From positions 3,410,001 through 3,474,000 of the forward strand of contig OZ116712.1 of assembly GCA_964199315.1 (NCBI GenBank): a DNA stretch of 64,000 bases. Direction: 5' to 3'. Made by a program: the position numbers and the translations under genes. The DNA comes from Orbicella franksi. Its lineage: Eukaryota. Below are positions 1 to 12,400 of the stretch, piece by piece. How positions within the stretch are numbered: position 1 is the stretch's first letter; each line of letters starts with the position of its first letter. Below the pieces are notes generated by a model. That model did no database searches, was not told the DNA's origin, and worked only from the letters and a program-made list of their open reading frames with translations.

Positions 1-49
1 ACAACAAAAGAGTGTTACTAACTGCCGAGGGGATATAAGCTGCAACAGG

Positions 50-290
50 TGCCCTTGTGAATAAAACCCTAGTGTGTGGCCATTCAAATGAAAGCTATTG
101 AGCAGTACTTTCACGTGGTACTGTTTATTATGCTGTACAAGGTGGTTCTAACTTTTAAGTCTGCGGATGAAACCCTAGTGTGTGACCATTCAAATGAAAG
201 GTATTGAGCAGTACTTTCATGTGGTACTGTTTACTATGATGTAGTTATAGCGCTCTTTCACTTTTAAATCTACGGATGAAACACTGGTGT
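50..290. repeat. ~106-bp-unit dispersed/tandem repeat (AAACCCTAGTGTGTGACCATTCAAATGAAAGCTATTGAGCAGTACTTTC...)
   Basis: Unit starts at 64 and 170; related copies at ~6955-7135, ~23205-23460 (reverse) and ~59825-59900 (reverse). Confidence 0.85.
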
Positions 291-405
291 GTGACCTATC
301 AAACAAACGTCACTGGGTAATACTCCCATTACTTTCTTTTACCCTTAACTTGAGCAGTCCTAGATGCAGCCTCTTATCTGTTATTTCACTAGCTTTACTA
401 ATCAC

Positions 406-465
406 CTTTAGCCACGCCTTCATCCCCCGCTTTATCGTTACTGTTTTCATTTGCGGCTCCTCCGC
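406..465 (-). CDS. Short exon ([19 protein letters not shown]), internal or terminal
   Basis: TTTTGCTTTCAG acceptor in phase 1; weak GTGATT donor, or stop TAG at 400-398 on read-through. Confidence 0.55.
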
Positions 466-3400
466 CTGAAAGCAAAACAGTCATAATCAGATTGATGCTC
501 CAACGCAGCTTAAATTGTCTGTTTTCTTTGGCTTTGCGTTTAACGAGCTTTTTACTCGTTACGAAAAGTATGTTGTAACCTTTCCGTCTTTTTCATGATC
601 TTAACACAAATTCTCCTACAGACATCAATAGACAATAGACAGAAGTCAGTAGGGAGAATTTGTATTTTGACACAAGCACCATCATTACCTTCAACAGTGA
701 GAGTCACTGCACACTTATCCTCCCCAAAGTCGTTTTTCACCACACAAGAGTACTCCCCTTCGTCGGACTTTTCGACATTTTCAATCTCGAGTTCGCAAAA
801 GTCTTCAGCAGTTTCAATGAGCACTCGTCCTTCGTCCTTTAGTTGCGTTTTACCATGGTACCAGGTCCCGGATGGGATGGGATTTCCAGATATTTCACAT
901 TTGAACGACACCACATCCCCAACGCGGACAGTCTGGGACTTCGGCGCTTTTTCGATTTTCGCTGGAGCTAGATGAAGGCAAGAGAACGTGTCAGACGCTG
1001 CTAAGGTTTGCGCATCTTTTAGTTTAGTTTACTCGAAATTTTTCAAGTTCGTCGTTTGTAATCCGTGTTAATCTTCTCCATCCTTAAACATGTTTTTTCC
1101 TTTCTGGTTTATTTTTTTCCAATTTTTTAAAATTTTTGTTTTCAATCTGTACCGTTTAATTTTACAACTATTATTACCTCTTTTTTATTATCTCTTTGCT
1201 GTTTTTCTATTTTAGTAAACTACTATTTTCAGGTTTCCCACAATTTAAAGGTAATTTTAAAAGTGGCCAAAACAAAACAAAATGCCATGACTGAACACCT
1301 TTAAAATTCTGACGGTGACGCTTTCCCACCCCTTCCCCGGCTCTGAAAATAAACGCACTGTAAAAATCTCGCTCACTAGATTTAGATCTGACAAATATAT
1401 GTACTTTTTCGTTTACTGCACGTTCTGCGTTGCATTTTATCACAAAAGTACTAATCGACGATGCATTATGAAGCCTATTTTGTGGCCCATATTCTGATAT
1501 TGCTATGTTAAGAAGAATTCCGAGTTTCTTGATCTACGATATCAAAAACAAGACACGGTGTTTCATCACGAAGACAAAGAAATCGTTTGCAAACAGATTT
1601 CTGCCGCTTTAACATAAATCAAATTTAATTAATTGAAACTCTCTAATCCTCCAAAGCGTGTAATATGTACTTAAAGCGACAAATAAACTCAATACAGTTT
1701 AACACACCACTTCTACGTGACTAGACTCTTCCTTTCTCTCAGTCTAAATGTAAAACTTGTTTCCCGGAGAAGGCCACTAATTGCATGTCAATTTTTTTTA
1801 AAAAGGGCTGCAATCTTGGACAGAAAAAAATGAGAAATACTGAAAACCACCCCTTCCCCCGAATCAACGATGAATTCGCGCCACAACCAAAACGCGCCAT
1901 TTTTTCCATCATTGAAATAGGGGAGGAGTGGTCTTAATTTTTCATTTATTTTGTCCAAGGTTGTGGCTGGTGGATCAATAGGAAAAAACATCGATGATTG
2001 ATGAGTTATCTCTGTACAATAATCTCGAGTATCTCCCTGAAAAATGTATTGATAAGTATTTCATCTATATATGGCGATCTCTCGTCAGTTATTTACATGA
2101 ATTGCCAGCACAATCGTCTATAATTGTCCCACCAAAGTCGATTACAGACAATGCCTGTATTTAGAGAACAAACTCATTAACATTGCGACTCGCCAGCTCT
2201 AGAGATGAGAGAAACTTTCCGAGGTCAACCAAGTGAAATATTTCACATTATCGTATGACACGACAAGAATTCGAAGAAAAAAAACGTTTTTATTTGACAA
2301 ATGAAAATAAGCCAATTTGATGTTCCACAAACGCAACAATTTGACAACGAAAATGTCAGAGGTTGACAAATTACTAACCTGGTATAACAAAGACATAACG
2401 AGGGGTTTGTTAGACAACGATTTTGTACCGACCTGGCCTTGTTTCTTGCCGAAAACCCGCTACTGACACACAGAACTGTTACGATGCACCTTGAAAGGAT
2501 TAGGTCTATTACGACAGAATGTAAGTTCGAGTTACAAAAACGAGTCTCCAGCCAACATAATTCCTGGTGTTTTAAGAAGCCTGTTTTCTATATGAAGTCT
2601 TTGGGTGCAAATTGGACAAGAAAAGAAGAGGTTTGAGATTCTGTGCTCAGTATGAAAATCACGAACTATGGTTTTGAAATAAGGAACACAAAGTACGTCA
2701 ACAACATCAGCAATGGACACGATTTGAAGATTTTTCTGGTTACACTTAAAACAGGGAAGAATATTTGTATTTTACGACGAGCAGAAAATAATAACTGATA
2801 ACTCTTCCAAACGGTGCGGAAGAGCGAATCTAAACGAACTGGATAGATGAATAATATTTCCAGAAGGAAGAATCATCGCACAGGTCCCAGAAAAACTTAT
2901 TTGTCCAATACTTTGGAGCAGATGAGGCTTCTCCTATTAGGAACACATTGATTGCCACTAGAAGTGCATAGGTCTATTGTCTAGTTCTAAGAATATTTCA
3001 CTAATGGACGATCAAAAACGCCCACAAATTTCAGCAGCCTTGCTAAGATTGCCCCAGTATGGAAGATTACAAACAGGGCCTAGAGACCCGAAGCTTAACT
3101 TAGAGTTTTTGAAAATGTCACATTCGATATTTTACAAATTGGTGTGTCGGCACAGTTCGGAATGCAGCTTTCAACATTCAAGTCTTGATACTGTGCAAAC
3201 TGAGTGGCACATAATAAAATATATCTCTTAGAAAAAACGAGCCGTCATTTTGTTGCACCTGCCAAGATGAAACTGTTACAGACTTAGCACGTTCACGAGT
3301 ATCCTGCGCGGAATACGAGCAACAGATGTACGAGTGGCTTTGTTCCCTGCACGCGAGTACAGCAGGAAAAGTGACCTTGTCGCGTAACGGCTAATACAGT

Positions 3401-6400
3401 TTCAGCAGGATTCTCAAATGACATTCTAGAACTTACTTTTTTTGGACGGCATCCTCTCCAACTGAGGCAGATTGCGGATAAATAACAACAGGGAAAACAA
3501 GAAACCCCTTTGCCTGAAACAGTGCTATCTACCAGAGAGATTTTTGACCTATTGATCACGGTGTGTTTTTTTTATTTATTTTGATAGGTTGGTTTATGAA
3601 TCTAAATGGCTCCGGAAAAAGTGCAGGGCAGATAACAAAACAAATATCCCCGCCGCCTTTTTAAATTAACATGTCACGCAAGCACGAAATCAACAACGCA
3701 GGTCTGTTTGGCAAATATTAGTAAATATCACTGGGATCTCGCTTATATTCCGGTAAATAAGAGAGGACGACGCGAATGGTGGAAATATCAAGGTTATCTC
3801 ATTGTTCAAGAGTTGGACCATACGAATTCAGGAAAATTAAGTGCTTCTCATTTGCTAGACATCTCTCAGATTCAACACTAGAGAGGTCACATGAAAGTGC
3901 AGGCTGTTCACGGAAAATACGGAAAATTTGCAGAGCGGACACTACCATCCGAGAAATGCCAACAGACTGAAAGATATTTGACTCAGCAACTGTTATGCTA
4001 ACAAAATGAGGAGACTCGAAATTGTTTTCAGTGGTGCAGTAGCCATCACTTAAAAGTTATCTCGCAGAGCATCAGCATTCCTTTTCGGGGTGGTGCGATA
4101 ACTCCAGAACTGCGTATCTGACGCGCGCCGAAATGAAGAAACCTAATCCGTGTAGCGTAAAGTTACACTGATTGCATTCTAAACCTCGCCAGACCGCACA
4201 TTAAAAGATGAACGGTACAAATAACATTAAGCTGTTTGACAAGTGTTCTTGAAATGAAGAAATAATGGTAAAACGATAAATACATTAAAATGCAGGCACC
4301 CTGCGGACCAACTGAACTTAACCCTCACGAAAGCTCGTAGGAAAAAACGCTGTGCATCCTATATGCAAAACTTTGCTATCTCGGCACTGACCGCAAAAAC
4401 GCAAAATCACTTGTAATTTAGCTAAAAAATCTCTATGAGGGCAGGAAATGGACCACTTATAATAACGACCACAGAGTTTGGAAACGCAGCTCGGTCTAAA
4501 AGTCTAAAGAGCTTTTAGGCGTCAAAACAAAGCAAAGCTTTCCTGCAGTGAGAAAACAAGAGATTTCGGTCGAGTTAAACGAACCATTTATCGAGCCTAT
4601 GATTAATGGCTTAAGAAGATGAACACACGAACACTGTAGTACATATCTGACGGGTGTGCATCAGTATGGTTCTAAGAATTCAAAACCGTGACACAGAGTT
4701 TATCGCTCGCGCACAACATTAACAAACTAACTAATCTTAACATTGTCCGTGACTGAAACTTTCACCTCACATGCCCATAATGTAAATTTGCAAGTCAAAG
4801 TTAAAAATAACTCCAGCACATTCCTGGGACACTATTTGTACTTTGAATGATTATTCGTCGTTTAGACTGTCTCAAAATTCCATTACATTACATTGCATCC
4901 GACAGGACAAGGTTTACCCCCACTTCGCGGTCAACCGCACTAAGCAGGAACAACAACAAATCACAGATTTTTCGCGTTCTCCCTTACCGTTTACTATAAG
5001 CTCAGCCGAAGTTGTTGCTGTCCCATTTTCGTTCGTCGCAGTACATTTATATTCCCCCTCGTCTTCTGCACTTGTTTCGGAAATTTTCAGCGTAACGAGA
5101 TCACCTTTGGTTAGAAAATCGAACCTTCCTCCCTTCTTAATCTTGTCGCCATCGACAAACCATTCGATGTCTGGGACGGGATCTCCCTCCACTCGACACC
5201 GAAGCTTGGCAGGTTGGCCGACGCAGACCTCCACATCTTCCAGTTCCTCTGTGAACTTCGGTTGAGCTGTGGGTCAAAGCAGTATTTATTAGATGACATA
5301 CTTTATTTGATAAGCCTCGCAAACAAACTGTAAACTACGACCGCGATAGCAAAGTTTTGTTTGCAGAACGACATGAACGCGAACGATAGCTGAGGACACG
5401 AATTTAGCGTGTATATCTTTCAGAATTATTATGTGAGCCGAGAATGTTCCAAACTGGTGTTGTCAAAATTGGATACAATACTAGCAAAGAGCATGCGAGC
5501 TTGACGCAAATTTAAAGGCCAAAGTAACATGAAAACCTGATTCAAATTGAACAACTATACTTAATTACCAACAGAAATCGTGAACAAATTCTCGAAGACC
5601 ATAAATATAGTTCGCTATACCTCTTCGCCGTCTAGATCGTCCTTCGCTTCGCTCATCCGCCGTCTGATCGCGAATTCGCGATGTCCTCTCGTATGAACGA
5701 CTTCCAGTAGTTGTTGAAGACCCATAGGTCCGAGACGAAGAGATATGTGATCGCGAAGACATTTGAAAAACAGTTGACGTTGATAACAAGTGATCTATAG
5801 CCCGAAATAATGAACTATGTGGTTCCTAATAACACACTTCGCATCAAATAACACCCTCAGGAATATTACAGTATAAATATATAATTCCCAGCGATGAACG
5901 ATTTGAATTCCTTTGCATAAATCACTTGCAGATGGAAGCAACATTTACATAATTAATATTCTCACTAATTAGGAAGCAACGAAACGCGACCAACGAACAA
6001 CAGCGCTATCAACAAAAACTATTGTTTTCGATAAGATGTTTTACATTGCCTAAAACCACTGCCAAATTATCGCTGAAAAACACGACCAGTTGAAACCGTT
6101 TAAATAACGTTTTGCCCCGTTATTTTCCGCTGCTCCAGAGCCATGCACCGTTACCGTGAAATGACAAGAACGAAATTCGAATTCAGGTTTTATAATCTTC
6201 TTAAAACGTAATTATGTAGCATTTCAAATGGAGATGAAATTATCAAAATGTACTTGCAATTAAATGGTAAAAAGACAATATAAGTTTTTAAATATTATGT
6301 ATTTGTAATCCTTTTACAAAGAGTACTCTGACGAGCGTGACTGGAATAAAGACAAGGAATTAAAATGGATTTAATTCGTTTAAAGAAACTTCAAATTTAA

Positions 6401-9400
6401 AAGAATCGTGTTTATTCATGGACATCCACCATATATTTTGAAGGTGTGGGGGTCAAAGTTATCTTTAGGAAGCCTGAGAGCTATGCTATGTCACGATATT
6501 TTAGTAATGTTTCGCGATGTACAAAATCACCTTCAATTCGAAAGAGTCTTTAAAAGAATAACTGAATAATTTAGAGAAATACGTAAGAGATACCACTAAA
6601 CAAAAAAAAAATCAAGGATGGTTAAGATTGAGAGAGATTAACAAGGATTACATGGGCACCATCCGTGACGAATCTGCATTGACTAACTGCCGTGTCAAAA
6701 TACGAAACAAAGAAATTCAGAGCACTTTGGGTGAGGCCAGCCTTATGTTACATTTCGCGATTTTTTTTTTTGGCGGCATGTAACCACGTTTTCACGATCA
6801 ACAAAGAATTCTTAAAACTTTTGTGACAGAATGGAAAGAAAAAAAAAATGCAACTCGATTGAAGGATCCATGTCTCTATCTATGCTTTTGTAATTTTCAA
6901 AATCTTTTAAGTGGTTTTGATAAGTACTGACTTTCATGGGATAAACCCGCACTACTGTGTGACCATCAGTTCAATATGAAAGCTGTCGAGTAGCACTGAC
7001 AAGCACTATTAAGAAATTATTATGTTATTGTATGTGGATCAAACCCTAGTGTGTGGTACTGTTTAACATGCTGTACAAGGTGGTTCTAGCTTTTAAGTCT
7101 GCGGATGAAACCCTAGTGTGACCAGTACTTTCACGAGGCGCGCGTGAAAAGCGACGAAACGCAGACATCTTTCCTCTCGCACGTTTGTTCGCGTCACAGT
7201 CGCCAGACTAAGAAAATAGAGGAACTGTTCGTAGTCTAAGGCATGTCCCCAATAGCTATGGTACAAAACCCAGATATACCTTCTCCTGTGTCCTTAAGCC
7301 TCTGAAGTTCCGGCTCAGACGCTTCAGAGCTCAGATCCTGTAGGATATCCTCATCTAAGCCAGCCTCCAGCTCTTCCTGGACCTCTGTACTGGGGATCTG
7401 ATCTTCCAAGCCTCTCTCAAGCAACCAGCTTCCTGGTACCCAGCCCTCCTTGGTTTCGCCATCCTTGACCGTCTGAACGAAGTAAAGATCTCGGCCCGAG
7501 CGGAGAACGCGGACTTGCTCTCCACGGCCAATAACTAGTTCATGAGTCTCTTTTTCCAGGGTTTCTTCGGACAAGCGGTAGGTGCCTCCAAGTTGTATGT
7601 TCTAGGGATGAAGGTTAAAAAGGACACAATGAGCTACACCAGGGCATGAAGGGTGAATAAGCCTCCTGCTTAACTGGGGACGTAGTGAAAGGTAAGGCAG
7701 GTGAAACATCGAGTAGGCCCCTCCCGAATATTAGTCCCTCACTCCAACTGCCCCCCTCAGCCGACACCTATCTAAGATGGACGGCCTCGTAAGGTGTAGA
7801 TACCTCCGAGGCAGATACCTTCACTAATGCGAACGCTCCAGCAAGGCATGTGATCAGGCTCATTAGTGGGGGATAGGACGCTGTCTTGCTGTGCTCCGCA
7901 CGCCAATTTTCGTTTCGTCCTCTACCTCACTCAGGAGCCCATTCACAGGCTACTGTAAGTAAACATCTCTCTGAGATGAACACTTCTCTGAAGTGGACCC
8001 CTCCCTCGAAGGGACTCACTCATCTCTAACAAGTCTTCATACTTCTACCCTTTCAATTTCTGAAATTTTAAGAATCACAGAAGTGTCTAGCGGAATTGGG
8101 TATGCCTCCCTCTCAACACTAAAAAGAGTTCACTACATAACTAACGCCGTAATATGATTAAAACATACCAGGCCCATAGGTTCGGGCGAGTCTGGGGGCG
8201 TGATAGCCACGTACTGTTTCTCTACCTCAGCGATCAACCGCGAGTACGAGAGACTGGTAAGAGTTTCTTTGACTGTTGTTACCAGGTTCGTCTCAGTCGA
8301 TGTAGTGCTGGGCACTTCAACCGAGAGTTCACCGAATACAAGAGATGGTGCAACAGCAGTGACGGGCGATTCTGTAAAACGAAAGGATAAAATGGCACCA
8401 TGAAACATGATGAATATTAAGCAGACAAGTCGGACAATGGTCTAAATGCATTACACAGCCGCCATTTAACGTCGGTTTCAAGTAGATCCTGGTTACACTT
8501 TCTGCAACGTTTGCAGCAAACTTCTTCGCAACTCATTTGCCATTTTCGAAGAAAGCTGCATAAAAGTAACAAATAGATTCACTCGACAGAAAGAAAACAA
8601 ATATATAGAAGGCTTGTGATTGTAAGCTGTAACCCACCTTCACCTAAATTGAGCAGCCGTTTGATCTCTCGAACCCACGCTTGCTTAGACCACTCGGTCT
8701 TGGTCTGGAATAACAATGATGAAGAGAAAGAAAGTCAAGTATTATTCTTAAGTAATCCAAAGGAACATTCAATCACGGGATGCAAATCATCTCGTTCTGA
8801 AAAGTTGCTTTTGATGTTGCACGAACAAACATACGTTTTCGCTTCAGCAATTTTAAACTGAAATCCTAACATAACTATTTGCGAGATCTAGCTTCTCCTG
8901 AAACTATGTTTTCACTGTTAATAAGATTATCGTTACCGTGGACAAGAGTGCCACAGGTCGAGGGCTACAAGTTCAGCAATAATTTTAGTTACTGTCAAGC
9001 CTTCTAAATGAAGTCCTACCTTACTTTGCAGGTCTACAAGATGATTTAGATGTTCCAGTTAAACCTAAAGGACACATCTTGCACTTGGGTAGGGAGTTCC
9101 GAAAGCGCCAAACTGATGCCATTTTTCTCGATGCCCCACACCAACCACCCAACCTCCCTCCCCGGCTCCCTCCCTCCCACCCTTCCCTGGTAATATATTT
9201 ACCAGGCTGACTTTCTTACCTCGAAGGTGTGAAGCACAAGAGCACTGGTCATGGAGGTACCAACCCACACCATGAACTGACGCGGTTCACCTTCAACATT
9301 CTCCGTCAGGCCAACATTTCCACTTGTCAACTGCAACACAACCAATCCACACTAATCCACTTCATGCGTATACTGACACGAGTTTTAACAGATTCGGTTA

Positions 9401-12400
9401 GTAGATACCTATATCACAGGACCCCAACAATAATGGTTTGATTTTGTAGAACAGTACTCATTAAATGACAGAAAACCCATCAGGGAGTGAGGATGGCAAA
9501 CGATGACGAGGATGGAAATGGATTGTAATATGGACAAAGTTGAGAACGGAGGTAAATATCATAGCGAGATACGTGGAGACCCTGCAATAATGGTTTGATT
9601 TTGTAGAACAGACCTGGAGAAATGACAGGAACCCATTAGGGAGTGAGGATGAATAACGATGACGAGGATGGAAATGGATTGCAGTATGAACATGGAGGCC
9701 AAGATGATAGCTAGACAACAGAAACCACTACAATCATGGTTTGATTTTGCAGAACAGTAGTCAACAAATGACAGGACACTAAGACGTGAGAGTGACAAAT
9801 AATGACAAATATAATATCGACAAGCTTAGATAAGCCAGACTTGTATTGACAAGTTTGGATCGGATTCTTTTGCAGTTTGAAAAGAGGACAAGAAGTTCAT
9901 ACCTTCAGCATGTTTTTAAACACGAACTTTCTTCCACCTTCTTTTCTCTTGGTGTTCACGATTCCTTTCTCAAACAAAAACAAATCGCGTTCTTTTCCTT
10001 TACCACGTGCTTTCTCCTCCCAGAACAACACCAGTTCCTGCAAAACAAGAAAAGGTACAACTTGAGTACTCTGAAGATAGGCTAGAAGAGGTTTCTAGAA
10101 ATCTTAACGCATTATTGCAATACATGTTTTTCAATTTGTGCAAAAATCCTTCTGGTCCATATGCCTTACCTGGCGGATAAGTCTTCCAAGATCTACAAGT
10201 GGAACCTCGCCCTACCGGTAAATAAATAAACAAAAATTTAAGTAAGGTAGCAAGGTAGTAGGTGGGCAGGTAGGTATGGTATTGGTTGGTCCATCCGTCC
10301 GTCCGTCTGGCTGTCTGTCCGTCTCTCTGCACGTTGGTCGGTCGGTCAGTCTGTCGGTCTGTCAGTCGCTCAGTCAGCCGGTCGGTCATTCAGTCAAGTA
10401 AGCATCTGGGCAGACAGTCAGTCCTTTAAGTAAACAACCGACCGAAAGACCAACCGAGACAAAAAAAATCATCAAACGTGTCGAGTAGAACCAAAATCTT
10501 AACGTAGAGTAACCACTCAAGCCCAAGAAAACTGGCTAACGGTGGCTAACTCTACGTGTGTACCTCAACACCCTGTCTCGTGTCAACTCGTTTACTCACG
10601 TTGTATCCTTCGATATGGAACTTCAGAGCTGCCTCATCAGCTCGCTGGGAGATACTGGACAAGAATTCAAGCGCCGCCTGAAAAAAAGATTGCAAGAATA
10701 TAAACAACAATGACCAGTAAGATTATACCTCTTGTTGTTTGAATTGTACGATGCAAACGGCAGATGTAGGTTCTTCTGTCTACAGAGTGTCTTTATAAAG
10801 ACAATCAGGAGATGAAAAATTCTGACAAGTATTTGGAACAGTTTGTTTGTGGTTCTATATGAAGACAGATATCTGAGGTCGAACGCACTTATGACTGATG
10901 AAGAGGACAACTGTGAAAGGGTCTAGCGAGTTGTACTTTACTCTATAATGTTCCTACCTCATAGTCGGAGTGCTTCAGATTTGCGCGCACTGTGAACTTA
11001 AGCAGTTCCTGCGGGGAAAAAAAAGGAAAACAGAGGGATCTTAGAAAAAGCTGTGACTTGTTATAAATTCTCTCTCTATCAGAGTGGAGAATAAAAACAA
11101 CACAGGTTTAATGTCCCAAGCAGTTGGAGTTTATCCAGATTCCGTGGCAGGGAGCGAATACGAGTATTCCGACTGGAAACCAATAAGTATAAATGCGCAA
11201 GAGAAAAAGAACTTTACGACGTATCAAAACTGGGAAAGGATATAAGGGCCGTGACAAACTAAAAAGAAAGCCAATTCATGTAGGACATTTACAAGAGAAT
11301 TGTCTACTTTCTCTAACCTGGAGGTGCAAGATGTATTCATTCAGTCGCTGCGATGGTTTCTTTAGATAATCAGACAGGGAATTCTCGTCTTTCATGTCTT
11401 CTTTAAACTCCTGTAAAATACACAAAGATTTCTCATAGTTATCAGTTATTTTAGAAAATAGTCCGATGCTTAGCAACTGGTCGGAGACAAAGTAATTAAA
11501 CAAGGAGTGTCACTAGTGCTTGACTAACCGTCCAAAATTCGCGCGTGACTTCGTTTTCCAGCTTCTCGTTGGCAAGCGATCTACCCTCAAGGAACTTGAC
11601 GTACATCTCAAATTTGGGTTTCTAATAAAAGCAAATGAAAAAACATGTCCAGCGCAAGAGCTGCTTAAAGCTAACTCAAAGGATCAACGTGAAAGAATAA
11701 TCAAGCATGCATGATTATCCTAATAACTTTGTAACACAAGTAAAGAGATTCATCTACAGATGCAAGAATATTTCTTTCAAAGAAACATTTTTCATTTCTG
11801 AGATATGCCGCGTCAATTATCACTTACGTGTCTCAGAATAACTTTTGGTACGTCATCTGGATTCTTTGCGCATGCCTCGAGTTCATGTAAGAATTGCCTG
11901 GGGAAAAACAAAGCAATGTACCCCTTTATAGATCGTCACAAACAGACAACTACAATTATTAACTGTAAATAACAGCGCACAGACTCTTGTGTTCTTTTTC
12001 CCGCAGAAGAGTCGCAAAGTATCGTCATTCATATTACAATCGTACCGTAGTCGTTGTAGGATCGCTTCGTAGTAGTAACCTCGTAGGACCGAGGTCGCAC
12101 AATCGTGCTGTAGTCGTCATACGATCGCTTCGTAGTCGTACACATCACAGGACCGAGGTCACAACACAATCTCGTTTTGACTATTACCTTGTGTGAAAGC
12201 CGTAGATATCCTTGATGTTGGAAAACACGACATCCTTTTCTTCAACAACTTCATCGGGGATGTCTTCGGCCTCGAGCTCGGCTAAGTGACTCTGCCAAGA
12301 AACATAAATGACAATTCGGTCAATCAATAAAGCTCTTCCATGGATTTTAGAATCGTAAGCAAAGCTTGCGATGTTCACAAACCAGTGTTCGTCTTGTTAC

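Noticed and set aside
50-290. Regularly spaced repeats resembling a CRISPR array
   Set aside because: The whole ~106-bp unit repeats with no unique spacers, copies are dispersed in introns, there are no cas genes, and the context is eukaryotic.
968-7279. CArG (SRF) boxes expected near muscle promoters
   Set aside because: A by-eye search found no convincing CC(A/T)6GG; a motif scan would be needed.
10000-10389. 129-aa minus-strand ORF ([13 protein letters not shown]...)
   Set aside because: Produced by a degenerate tetranucleotide microsatellite; the real PH exons here are in other frames.
10623-10910. 95-aa minus-strand ORF between DH2 exons
   Set aside because: No domain signal; the DH chain is already complete and in frame without it.
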